A DNA stretch of 35,321 nucleotides, taken from contig CAJNYD010000050.1 of the NCBI GenBank assembly GCA_905331295.1, forward strand, positions 124,001 through 159,321. The letters are read 5' to 3'. Below the pieces are notes generated by a model. The model saw only the letters and a list, made by a program, of their open reading frames with translations, searched no databases and had not been told where the DNA came from. The position numbers were made by a program, and so were the translations under genes. Source of the stretch: Rotaria socialis (Eukaryota). Positions 11,701 to 23,543 of the stretch are shown one piece after another. How positions within the stretch are numbered: the stretch's first letter is position 1; each line of letters opens with the position of its first letter.

Positions 11701-13560
11701 TCCTTTTCAGCTTCAGTAACCGTCGAATGATTATAATGTATGAGCATTTCAGATAAAACTCGAACATTATTTTGAACTTTTTCTAATTCAGTTGCTCGAT
11801 TTGATAATTTTTCAATTTTTTCTTCATCCTTAATTCATACGAATTAAAATAAGAGAAAAAAATGCTTTGAAAAGTGAAACCTTTTTCACAAGACTTTTAA
11901 TCAATGCATTCGCTTGTTCAAGATCTTCAGGTTTTCGACTTTTTAATAAACGTTGAAGAGTCTTAAAAATAAAAATAAATGTTTTTGTTTTTTTATGAAA
12001 ACAAAATCTAAAAACAATAAATTTCTTCTAATAACTTTGCTTTTTTCTTCATCAGCATCAAATATTGATTTAGTTTTTTTAGGTAAAACTGTTGTTGATG
12101 ATTTAATAACATAAGTAGGATCTTCAGTTATAATTGATTGACGTTTTAACATTTGATATGCTTCATTTATTTTAGTTTCACTTGGTAAACTTTGTGTCCA
12201 CGAATATAAAAGTTCAATAACTTTTTTCTTAACTTTTTCTGATGTATGATTTGCTAAATACTGAAAAGAAACGAAAAGAAGAACTTTCTTTTTCTTTTAA
12301 ATTAAAATTAAATAGAAATGATACTACTTTAGGTGAAACAAGTTTAATCATTTCATTGAGAAAACGAAATTTCCCAATTTCTTGATGAAATCTTCTTCCA
12401 CAACTTTGAACGCAAACGTCAAGTAATTCTAATGTTCTTAATGCTTCATATTCTTGTGGGGATTGAATTTTATGAGATATTAAACGAATTGCTTGATGAT
12501 GACCTTCGGGTTCTGAATTGACTTTTGAACAGAATAAATTTATTAAATTTGGATCTGCACTTTTATGAATTGGACTTGTTGCTTTAACTAAAAGTTTTAA
12601 TTGATTTTTCTTCAAAACAAAATTATATTTTGAAATCTAATATAAAAAAATAAGCTCTCTCACTCTTTCTAATTGCTTAATTAATGTATAAATCTATTGA
12701 ATTATAATCAAGCAAATATTATTATTTACTACGACATTCTCGGGATTATATTTTATCTTAATGCCATTATAATTCGGAAGCAAAACAAATGTAATGTACA
12801 ATTTTAGGTATAAATTTAAGAAGACGATCATCAGTTCAAAAACTTAGAAACATTTCAGAGATCCAACAGTACACATCTGCCACGCAAATTTATTCTTTTG
12901 ATATGTTCTAAAAACATAAATGATATACTTATAGTTGAATAATATCATCAATAGTCACTAATAAAATAAGTATGTTATCTTTTATAATATTCATATTAAA
13001 ATGACATGTTTTAGAAAGTAAAATGCTTCATCAATCTTTGGAAAAAAGCATTTATTCAAAATCATGAGTTATCTTCTTAGATTTACATAGATATGAATAT
13101 TTAAACTCTTGATTAAAATCACAGTAGATTATTCTATATTCGAATGTCATTGATAAAAAAAAAAACTTCTACTTCAGACACTGAACATTAATTGTTCAAA
13201 ATTTTCAATTTCCATTACACTACAATTAATTAGAATTCTATATGATCTAAAACTGGTAGATGCTTAAAATTTAACTATGATACAAAAATTTCCATAGATT
13301 TATATTCTTAAACTGACGATAAAGTCAAATATATTCTCCGACAAGGACATGTCAAATGAATCGAATAAAAAATGTGACTTATTTTTCTAATGTATTTGAA
13401 AATCGTAAACTTTGAAATAGTTATTTTCTAGTAAAAGTTATTTATTGAGAAATATTATTTTTAATTCTATTTTATATGAAATAAAAAAGAACTTACAAAA
13501 TATAGTTTCGAGCGTATCGACCGGTGGAGTTGCCGTTACATTGCTCGCTGTTGAACTCAT
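8784..13560 (-). CDS. GGA: ADP-ribosylation factor-binding protein GGA (VHS-GAT-hinge-GAE clathrin adaptor), 12 coding exons, ~582 aa
   Basis: Exons 13560-13497, 12587-12328, 12260-12036, 11961-11881, 11828-11691, 11622-11541, 11491-11405, 9837-9667, 9602-9485, 9428-9125, 9065-8955 and 8891-8784 splice GT-AG in frame (1749 nt). VHS: HKIQSPQEYEAL, EIGKFRFLNEMIKLVSPKYL, ELLYSWT. GAT: LLKSRKPEDLEQANALIK, RPILFRLATE. GAE: FQAAVPKNMRIKLQ, AITQILIVSNPNKEPARLNYKLSY. Confidence 0.93.
10609..10920. mobile_element. Diverged MITE related to the 3992-4288 element, inside the large GGA intron
   Basis: Ends are CCCAGGTCAAATACG... and ...CGTTTTTAAACCGGG followed by TA. It has the same internal inverted motif GGAAGCAGTATTCCG (10668-10682, partner 10747-10761) and a similar length (312 bp). 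Confidence 0.75.
11287..11386. other. Assembly gap (100 N)
   Basis: Run of N inside GGA intron 7. The round length suggests an unsized gap. Confidence 0.97.
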
Positions 13561-15223
13561 TTTAGAAAAAAAATCTAAAATAAAATAAAATCAATGAAAA
13601 AGTTTTTATTATCCGATTAGGATTCTCTTCTATTTATTGATCATTATCTATCTGAACAGTTTCAAAATACAAATGAGTATTGAGCAACCATTATCGAAAT
13701 TCGACTTTGACGCATCTCACACTTTAAAATTAAACTCAAGGAAATCCTTAAAGAATGATAAATAAGTTTTTCAACATCGATTAAATCAACAGTGAAATTT
13801 GATAATTGAACCTTGTTTTAGTGCGAACAAATCATTAAATATCCATATTTGTTACGTTTCTTCCTTCGCTTGTTTGTCACGACTCAACGAGAATGACTCA
13901 TACGTATATCTAAACAGCATGCATGCGTGCATTTATTTTATTTCTTATGAACTGTGGTTGATTTAAGCAACCAAGCATTGCCAATCAATCTATTCATTAA
14001 TCACAAGAGTGAAGTACAATAAATATCAAGATGTTTTATTTTATGAAAACTGTTCAAATAGATATATTAGAAAGTCAATTAAATAGATGTCACTCTCATT
14101 CGATTCTTAGACAACTGAGCCAAATGCTGGGCTATATGATATACAGTTTTCTCTTCTTTTTAAATTCTTGCTTTATTTATATTAGACATTTAAATATTCT
14201 TTTTGTTGTCAAATGTCTCAGTGGATTTTAATTTTCTCAGAGAATGTTAAAAAATCTAGAATAAAAGAATTATTTGAAATTGAAAGGCATCCCAACGTAA
14301 TCGAGATTTCAAAAATCAAGAAAACCATAGCTACTGAAAAGTCTTTCCAACATTCACAGCTGTATATTTTTTCTTGAATTTAACGTGGGAATTTATATGA
14401 AATATTATGAAAATTCAATACGAATTCGTCTAAACAAAGCGACAATAATTAGAGCCACATCAAGACAATAGAACAAGACATTCATAGCAGTCGATGAATG
14501 CATTCAGAAATCATTTCAATGGACAGATTGTCTACTTGGATCAGTCATATGAGTGAGCGCGAAGGAGTGAGTGAATCGAATTGGGCATCATCTCCTGCTT
14601 TTGAAATTTAACTACTGAAAGCCTCTATTTTTGACACTCTTCTATATTTTGAATTCTTGACTAGTTTCTGTTTTCCGAGATAAATCTTTATCATTCATAT
14701 ATGATGTTTACATTTACATTGAATCAGTTGCCGATAGACCGTTCTTTTAACGAACGCTAACTGATACTTAACAGCTCATTTCAATAAGTATAACAGTACT
14801 AATTCATAGCCTTTTCCGAAACCATCCAAGAATAAAAATTGTGTTGATCTCTTATTGAAAATATCAATGTATGTTTGAGTACTCAATTCTACGACACATG
14901 GTATATCGCTGACTGACATTTTTCCATTTTTTATTGAAATAATAAAATGATCTTTATATAATATACGGTTCAACGCTTATTAGTCTTGCTTCCACTAGTC
15001 GGGATTGATTCCACACATCTCTAGTAACATAAAAATTATTTAAAACTTAAAAAGTTAATGAGATAAAGTCGAGTTTTAAAACAAATTAAAACCTAAAAGA
15101 AATTGATGGTATTATTTTGATAATACATTTCAGGCTTTTGTTAAAATCATTTCTCTCCTGAATATTAGTTATCCATTTCAAATGAAAAGAACAATACGTA
15201 TTCTTCTGTGGTTGTAAATATGT

Positions 15224-15568
15224 AAAAGACGAAATAAAATTGCATTGAATCTGGTATACTAGATTTTTCTAAAAATGTTTTCTCTCAGTCACTTGCCAAG
15301 TTACTTTTTTAAAGTCGACGCTTCTTAACAATTTTAGAATTTTAATTTTTTGTCCAAAATCTGCCAACAGCCTCTAGTCAAATGTTAATACTCAGTCGCG
15401 TTGGCTAAACATTAGTTAACGATTGTGGAACACTAATGAAAATAAAAATATCACGTATGTTTGCACGATACAATGCTTTCTACTTGAGAAAATTAGTTGG
15501 TAGACCTGAAAAAACTTTCTCAAAAGTCTAGTATCCAAGAAATTTTATACAATTTGATCTCTTCTTTT
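15224..15568. repeat. Highly decayed foldback element (~90-bp arms)
   Basis: ATACTAGATTTTTCTAAAAATGTTTTCTCTCAG (~15256) pairs with CTGAAAAAACTTTCTCAAAAGTCTAGTAT (~15506-15534). Patchy pairing continues on both sides. Confidence 0.55.
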
Positions 15569-16215
15569 GAATGATGGCAATCGCAGGTATCTATCTAGTA
15601 TCTATCAATAAAACTTCTTTAAAAATATACTTATGTTTCTCTTACTAGTTTGAAATCAATACTTGTTACGTGTACATGATTTAAACTAGTTATATAAAAC
15701 AAAAACTTTGCGTAGTACTACACTAATTCAGTTTTCACAATGAATATTATATGGCGAATTTGATTATTATTTATTCATTTTGAGCCATTGACGCAACTTA
15801 TTATTACTTTGATTATATCCAAGTTGTAATAAATCTTAAACGTTGATTTCTAAAACTTGACTATCACATTCTTATGCTTTTTTATTGCTATTGTGAACAA
15901 AGAAAACATTCATTGTTATTATGAAATTGAATGATTCTGCATACGCTATAATTTTTATCGATAGCTACCAAAAAACAATGAGATAATCTTTAGCATTTGA
16001 TGAAATATTGTTGTACATCAATTATCGATCAGAGATTTCTTTTTTTACAAATCAAATTAAAAGGAAAATAACTATTGGATTAGAATTATCTTTCGTTGAA
16101 AATCGAATGAAATAAAAAAAACGATCAAATATCAATTAAAGTCTTATCAATATAAACCAAACAAAAAAGGATAAAAGAACAGAGGATCTTCATTCGATTT
16201 GTTTAATATATAAAA

Positions 16216-16683
16216 ATGTCTTTTCGTTTATATTTTGCTATACTTTCTATTGGATTTCTAATTGAAATTGAAGGTAAAAGCGCGCCAAGAGTAAAATTAT
16301 CTGGTCGTATAAATCATTTACTTAATATAACTGATGCTGAAAACAAATTTGATACTGTCTTAGAAACATACATCAACAGTGATTGTACTTTATCGATTTA
16401 TAAATCCGAAATGAAATCATTTACTGACAAATTCTTGTCGTTTCAATCATTACGTCCTCATATTGTTCGAATCTATCGAGATCTTTATACATTATCAGAT
16501 GTCAATGGAATGATTAAATTTTATACATCATCATTAGGAAAAAAAGTACTTGAAAAAGAAGTTCAAGCTGAACTTCGTCTTTCTCAATTAATTAAAAATA
16601 AACTACAAGAACAAATGCCACAAGTTATTTCATGGTTTCAACAAGTATTTTTCACAAATGTATCCAATAATGAAATTAATTAA
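16216..16683 (+). CDS. Secreted DUF2059-like protein, intronless (horizontal transfer candidate)
   Basis: 155-aa ORF with AAAAATG start context, an N-terminal signal-like segment and the motif IYRDLYTLSDVNGMIKFYTSSLGKKVLEKE, which resembles the bacterial DUF2059 pattern Y..(F/Y)T..E/D...I.FY.SP.GKK. AATAAA lies ~22 nt after the stop. The family call is by motif recognition only. Confidence 0.75.
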   Translation: MSFRLYFAILSIGFLIEIEGKSAPRVKLSGRINHLLNITDAENKFDTVLETYINSDCTLSIYKSEMKSFTDKFLSFQSLRPHIVRIYRDLYTLSDVNGMIKFYTSSLGKKVLEKEVQAELRLSQLIKNKLQEQMPQVISWFQQVFFTNVSNNEIN

Positions 16684-19600
16684 ACAATTCATTGAATTGA
16701 TTCAAATAAAATTGTATTAAAACATTTTTCTTGTTATATTTAAAATTCTGAAATATTGAATTATTTCAGTTTTTTTATATTTTAATTTGCCTTTTTCTCT
16801 TTTTGATGAATTTCTTCTTTTTTTAATTTGATTGAATATTTAATCGAATTCTTTTTATGATAACTATATAATTTAAAGAGCATTATTTCAAAAATACATG
16901 AATAAGATTGATATAATCATATTTCAAAAAAATAAATTTTATAGAACTATTGAAATAATCATTCATGTATAATAGAATAATCGGAAAGTTGATTTTGTTT
17001 TATTAATAATCTGATAGTTTTGATTTGAAATCTTGTTACTTGTTCAAGATTTCAATGACCCCTCATTCATTGATTACTTCACAAATCTTTTGTTTTTGAG
17101 AAAATATAGTAAATTAATTTTTTTTCTCCTATGACATGAATTAACGTATGTCATCGTGCATTATAGATAATATCGGATATTTGTAGAACTTTCAATGACT
17201 ATTTTGCATGCCGTTAAAAAGTGTGTCAAGATGTAGAATAAAATGGTATTCATTTTTCTCTTTCTTTTGTGTTTTATTAAAATTTGCTTTTTATACGAAA
17301 GTGTACTTTTACAATTAGAAAGACAGTTTTCTAAAGTTTTTCGAATCATTGAACTCATGAAAATTTCTTATTTAAAAATAAAACGTGTAGGAAACAAAAT
17401 CATAAAAACATTCTCATTTCCAGAACTGTTTCTCTTCAGTCGTAACATACTTTGAAGTTTCGTACGATTTGGATTGTTTTCTATCTCGACTATTTCCCAT
17501 TAATGTGTAGGTTTCTAACAACAACAACAACAAAAAAAGAATGGAACAATATTGTATTAATCGACTAATTGATATATTAGCAAATGAATTGTCTTGAATG
17601 CAATAATTCCATATAATAAGATTTATGAAATGTTTATGTTGCGCAATTTTGAATTGTATATTTCATTGATTAATTTCAATGTTTGTGAAAGCGTATCTTT
17701 ATTCACACATGAAAATCGATATTGGAATTTCAAATCTTTAAAAATTATTCCAACAAGCAAAAGAAACAAAACTTTCTAAACTATATCGATTGACATACAC
17801 AAATGATTCCTAGAGAAAAATGTTAATTTCAACGAACTAGTTTTTAGAACTATTATTTCGTATGGCTTTTTTTTCTTACTAATGAAAATGTTCAACTACA
17901 TCTTACATTATTAGATAACTACTTGAATCATAACAGTCGTTCTATTGCTATAGACGAAATTAATTAAATAAAAACAATTTCATACCTCACTGTAACTATA
18001 TAAATAGAAATAACTAATCATTAATTAGTAATTTTCATTCAGGTTTTGCCTGAAATTGTTCGAAAATAAATGGAATTCAATTGAAAATGACGTAAGTATT
18101 AATATATCGATTAGGTTCGAACAAAAATTTGTTTTATATGCAAAGAAAATGATCAAAGAGATTCTTTTCATGTTGTCTTTTTCAATTGGTTTCAGTAGCC
18201 GTAGATTTATTTGAATAACACTATTCAAACGAGGTTGACTGACAGTCAACCCGTTGTTTTAAAAATGGTCAATATGAAGAAAATGAGCGGCCACTTGATT
18301 TTATTCTAAAACAAAAATTGAAAAAAAAAGTTGAACATACTTGTTCAGATCTTGTCACAATCAACAAATAATCAAGACGGAACAAACAAATACTTTTGTT
18401 ATTCAACAACAACACTTTTTTCCTGCAATAATAATTCACAAAAAAAGAAAATGCGAAAAGATGATATTGTACATATGTTTGTTATTCAAGGTAACATATG
18501 TTTTATGTAACAAAAGAAAAACGAGTTTTTAATGAAGAAGACGAAAGACAAATAGAGATAATTTTTCTCATTTATCATTATTAACAGTTTTACCCGCCTG
18601 TTTTTATTCAATTAGAGATTTTTTTCTATGTCTTCTTATCAATCGATTTATCGTTCCGTTTAAATCGATTTTAGCTTAAAGGTGTAGTTTCAAGTCAATT
18701 GATCAATTATCATATTGACTAAAAGCAAAATCACCTTCGTTTTCATTTTTTTCTTCTCTTAAAAGAAAAAAAAATCTTTAAAATTACAGATGAATGATGA
18801 TAAAGAAAGTTAATCTACACTTGACTTATTAACGACAGCCGAGAAACGAATCGCGTGCATTTCATTTCTTATCACACTAATTGCAAATATACACTTCAAC
18901 TCATATCTTTGTTTATAGACACACGCCATGCTGATCAATCAAACACATCAGACTACCGAAAATTACATTGATTTCGATCTTGGAAATGACACCCTAAAAA
19001 ATAAAAACTAACTTCCCTATATAGCCAACACCCTATATTGACTCTCATTCATTTTCTTTTATTAAATTCATAGTGCACTACAAAAACAATAATTTGTTTT
19101 TACAATTAATTGTTATGTCAACATTTAAAAACAAAATAACAATGACTATTTCATCAACGTCGACCTTTGGTTTTTTATTAAAAACCCACGGTTCGTTTAG
19201 ATTAAAAGTGTATTGCTCTATTTATTTATTTTTCTTGGTTATGACGAAAAAAATAAAATTTTAATATTTTGATTGGTTGACTATATCGATTGTCGGTCAT
19301 ATACAATATAATAATAAAGGAAGAAATGAGCGGAAGGGAGCGATCATGCGCTCTCACAGTAGTTTGTTATTTGCTCATACGTCCACTTGTGGTCCGACAT
19401 GCTTTTCTATTCTATTGGAATTCTGCCGGAACTAAACTTATTCCACTCTTAGAGAATGATTAAAAAAAAGGCGCGCTGATCGAAAAAGAATCTGTATATA
19501 TTTACATAGGAGTAGAGTATCTTTTAATCTTCTGTCTATTGAAGAGAATGAATAGAAACGAGTGTCACTGAAAAATAAGTTATTCTTCTCATCTCTCTGT

Positions 19601-20982
19601 CTCAATTGTCAATGTTGATAAAACAATTTCACAAGTACTTAAGCTTCTCTTTTTTTTTTATTCTTTTCTGATTAACTCAATATGGTCAATCGAATTTTTT
19701 AAAGTGTCAATTATCATTTGATCTTTATTTTCAATTTCATTTTCATTTTCATTTTCATTTTCTAATAGGAAAAAGAATAAGAAATAATCATATGAAGATG
19801 AAGATAAGCAGAGGAAGAAACAAAAGATTTGTCAATCTATGGAAAGGTGCTTATCTGTCGTCAGATATCGATACATCATTATGTAAAACAAGCGTATGAA
19901 TTGTATTACGATGGAGACTGACAAAAGAAAAGAAGACACATTGCTTGTCTCATCAATCATCTTGACTTCTTCTATGAGTCCAATTAAACAAGCAGATCTT
20001 CCCTAATTAGACTCTAGAAAAAAAACAATGTCTGCATATTGTTGTTTATTCGATGGCCATTCCATGATCATTATCATCATCGTCATCATCAACAACATCA
20101 TCATCAGACATATATGTATATATAGACAATTACATCATTTTCTTTAAATCAATATGTGTTATTTGACATTAACTACGTGTCTTATCTTCAAAGTTAAAAG
20201 GTTTCGACACGATCTAAATGATTCTTAACACTTGAATAGACAAAAAAGAAGAAGGAAAGAAAAAGAGATTCGTTTTAAGTAAATTCCATTTATAAAAAAA
20301 AAGCTAAGTGAGTTGCAGATGGTGAAAGACAAACATAATATTGAATGTTTATGTTCTTTAGTTTTTGTTGTTGATAAGTAAGAGTAACTGGAGAATAATT
20401 GTCTCCATTTGAGTCGATAAATGCAATGTTTGCTTATTGAAAAAAGAAGGAGAAGGAGAAGGGAATGGCGTCGTTGTCGTCATGTTGATGTTGACTTAAG
20501 AGGGTGAGGCCACTCTCTTCTCTCTTCTATAATGACTCGATGATTTACTTAGGGCACTATTCTTCATTATTAGTGTTGCTTTTTTCTTTTCTCTTCTTCT
20601 GTTTCTTTTGCTTCTTCTTCTTCTTCTTGTTCGTTTTCTTTATCCAATAAGAAGAGAAAAAGTTTCTTTCTTTTTTTTCTTTCACCCGTTGGCGATGTTA
20701 ACAAGGTACTCGAACAAGAATGTAAAACATGGTGTCTCGTTCGAATGTCAACCAATGAGATTTTTTTCTTGAATAGTTTATCGACAAATAGGGTGGATGA
20801 GAGAAAAGAGAGTATCAATCGTGTCTACAACAAGAAGCAATCTTAGTTTTTCTTTTTCTCTCCTTTCTCTCTTGTTCTTATGCCTATTCGTTTAACAACA
20901 TATTAACATTGCCAACTACCAAACATAAAAAAAGAGAAAGGCAACAACCAAACACTTGCTTCTTTTTTTTCTTCGTTTAATT

Positions 20983-22243
20983 ATGTAAGTTTTATCATGA
21001 TAAAAACATTTGACTTAACATTTACAAAACAATTTCTATAGGATAACCGGTCTTAATCCATCTGATACAATTAAAGTAAAGTTCTGTTTTAAATTTAATA
21101 ACATATATATATATATCTATAGAGAGAGAGAGAGAGAGGGAGAGAGAGGGAGAGAGAGAGAGACCACAACAACAACAACAACAACGAATATTTTTATTTA
21201 ATTGAAGGAATCAAATGTAAATATGAATTCGTTACTAAATGTAAATGCATGGCGTCATCATAATCCATATGTATATGATCCTGCTGCTGCTGTTGCTCTT
21301 ATTGGTTATTCACCATATGGACCATCGTAAATATATTAATAGAAACTTTGTGGCACGACCAGAATATGATTTTATTTCATTTAGTTATTCTCCACATATG
21401 GATTTAGCTGGTAGACGAAAAAATGCAACACGAGAAACAACAGCAACATTAAAAGCATGGCTATATGAACATAGAAAAAATCCTTATCCAACCAAATCAG
21501 AAAAAGTGTATTTAGCTATTATGACCAAAATGACATTAACACAAGTTTCAACGTGGTTTGCTAATGCTCGAAGAAGATTAAAAAAAGAAAATAAAATGAC
21601 TTGGTCGCCAAGAAATAGGTTAATTTGTTCATTATTAAGATGTATGTTTGTAATTTTTATTTTTGAAAAAAACTAGAACGAACGATGATGATGATGATCG
21701 ACAAGGTGTCGGATCAAACAGTGATGCTAGTGATGATGAATGTAGTTCCCCACCAGCACGAATAACAACACAAAATCATTATCTATCAGCTCCTCTTACT
21801 GTTCTTCAACATCAACATATTCAACCACAACAATCAACAACAGGTTTATTTAATTAGAAATTCATGTTTTGTTTCTTTTTTATAACAATTTTGTTTTTGT
21901 TTCTTCTTTTTTTTGCTTTTAATTGAAAAGATGAATCATCTCGAAAACGAAAATTTGATGAAATTGAACCAGTTGAAAGAAAAAAATCTTCAGGAATTTG
22001 GTCACTTGCTGATATGGCCGAAAAAAATCCTCATCGCTCATCTTCAACATCTCTTCAAGGTTTGTTTTATTTTATTTGTTAAAGCTTTTCTATTCATCTC
22101 TCAGTCAAGTGTAATATATCCAATTGATCACGTCAGTAACTCTTTAATCTTTATACAAATAAGTTTTTTTTTCTTTTTTAGAAAGACAAAATACGACAAG
22201 TCAAACAACAACAACTATTGGTGCATTTAAACCTTTCAAATGA
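20983..22243 (+). CDS. Irx: Iroquois-class TALE homeobox transcription factor, 7 coding exons, ~248 aa
   Basis: Exons 20983-20984, 21042-21075, 21208-21326, 21385-21618, 21677-21843, 21931-22059 and 22182-22243 splice in frame (747 nt). Homeodomain [69 protein letters not shown], an acidic tract and IRO box GIWSLADMA. The first two exons are less certain. Confidence 0.95.
21103..21185. repeat. Compound microsatellite (TA)n-(GA)n-(CAA)n in Irx intron 2
   Basis: Directly visible simple repeats filling most of the predicted 132-bp intron. Confidence 0.9.
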
Positions 22244-23231
22244 TTATTTTTAATCAGTCGGACATTGTTTGTGTCAGATATTCTCATTCCACAATTAATA
22301 AAAAATAATATCATCGGAAGATTAAACAGTGAAAAATATACATATTAATAGAAATATATGTCCATCGCATTATCATTAAACAATTCTATGCCCATCAACT
22401 TTTTTTCTTCTTTGTTTGTTTGTTTTGTTTGCTTGTTTAATAGAAATAAAAACAAAATAATCTTTCATTTATTCAATTGAACAAAAATTAGATTTTATTT
22501 TTCAAAATAGAAAAAGAAAATGAAACAGACTTTATTGATTTATGTCAAATAAAACTATTGTCTCTTGCAAAAAGAAACAGAAGAAATCAGAAAAACGAGT
22601 CGAAAAACTAATAAGAATAATTGTAACGAATCATTTTCAACTCTTTAGAATATGTGTACTTTTTTTATCTAGTTTGCTTTTAGTCAATTATGATATTAAT
22701 TCAATTACAATATACATTAATCTCTAATTCAAAATATATATTTCAATTTCTAATGTATTTATTTGAAATAATGAATGTTAACGAAACGAATATTATACAA
22801 ACTTATGAAAAAAAACTTTTGTTGTGATGATGATGAAAACGAATTGAAGAAAAAAGATATATAATGCCTATACGCATAAATGAATATCATTCAAGGTTAA
22901 CTATGCAATTTGCATTTCGATGAAGATTTCTTTGAAAAGAAGAAAAAAAACGAAAGAGGGGAAAAGCAAATGGCAATAGCCGTGAAAATTGATTATTATT
23001 AGAAATAAGACAGAAGAAAGAAATGATGAAGTTCGAGAATGATTAGCTTATCGCATGAAAAATAACAACGTATGTTTTCCATGTGTCTTTTCTAATGTTT
23101 GTCACATAAATTTGATATAAATGTTTGTAATAAATAATAATGAGAATGATATTAATTATAAAATCTTCGAAATGTTCTTTATCCGGACGTTAGAACGGTC
23201 AATAGTTGTCATAGTCTAAGAAATCATTGAT

Positions 23232-23543
23232 ATGGATAGACCTTTAACGAGCATATTGTGTTACCCATCAACAAATGATACATATATCTTTTCTTCAGCA
23301 CTTTTCAATGAGCTTCTGTATAAACATCTGTTCTTAAAACAAGATCATCTCATATTTCAATTCTCTGGATTAACTTATCATGAATTACATCATCAAATCT
23401 TTCAATTGATTTTTATCTTTTCAAGAAATTATTCAATTTTCAACATATGTCAATCATCACAAGTTTTAAAAGCAACAAAATTTCTTTTGTTTAATTTTGA
23501 CAATAAACATTTGTTCCTTGTTGAGCATTTATTGGTTAAATAA
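23232..23543 (+). CDS. Hypothetical 103-aa ORF
   Basis: Open for 312 nt in very AT-rich DNA with a non-repetitive, protein-like composition. No recognisable motif. Confidence 0.3.
   Translation: MDRPLTSILCYPSTNDTYIFSSALFNELLYKHLFLKQDHLIFQFSGLTYHELHHQIFQLIFIFSRNYSIFNICQSSQVLKATKFLLFNFDNKHLFLVEHLLVK

Noticed and set aside
20570..20818. 82-aa K/E-rich ORF antisense upstream of Irx
   Set aside because: Produced by low-complexity CT-rich sequence.
21245..21384. ORF-track N-terminus MHGVIIIH...LLLLLLLL of the homeobox ORF
   Set aside because: Wrong frame plus intron read-through. The spliced frame reads [27 protein letters not shown].
21913..22230. 105-aa ORF downstream of the homeobox
   Set aside because: It is an alternative frame over Irx exons 6-7. 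The IRO box is in a different frame.
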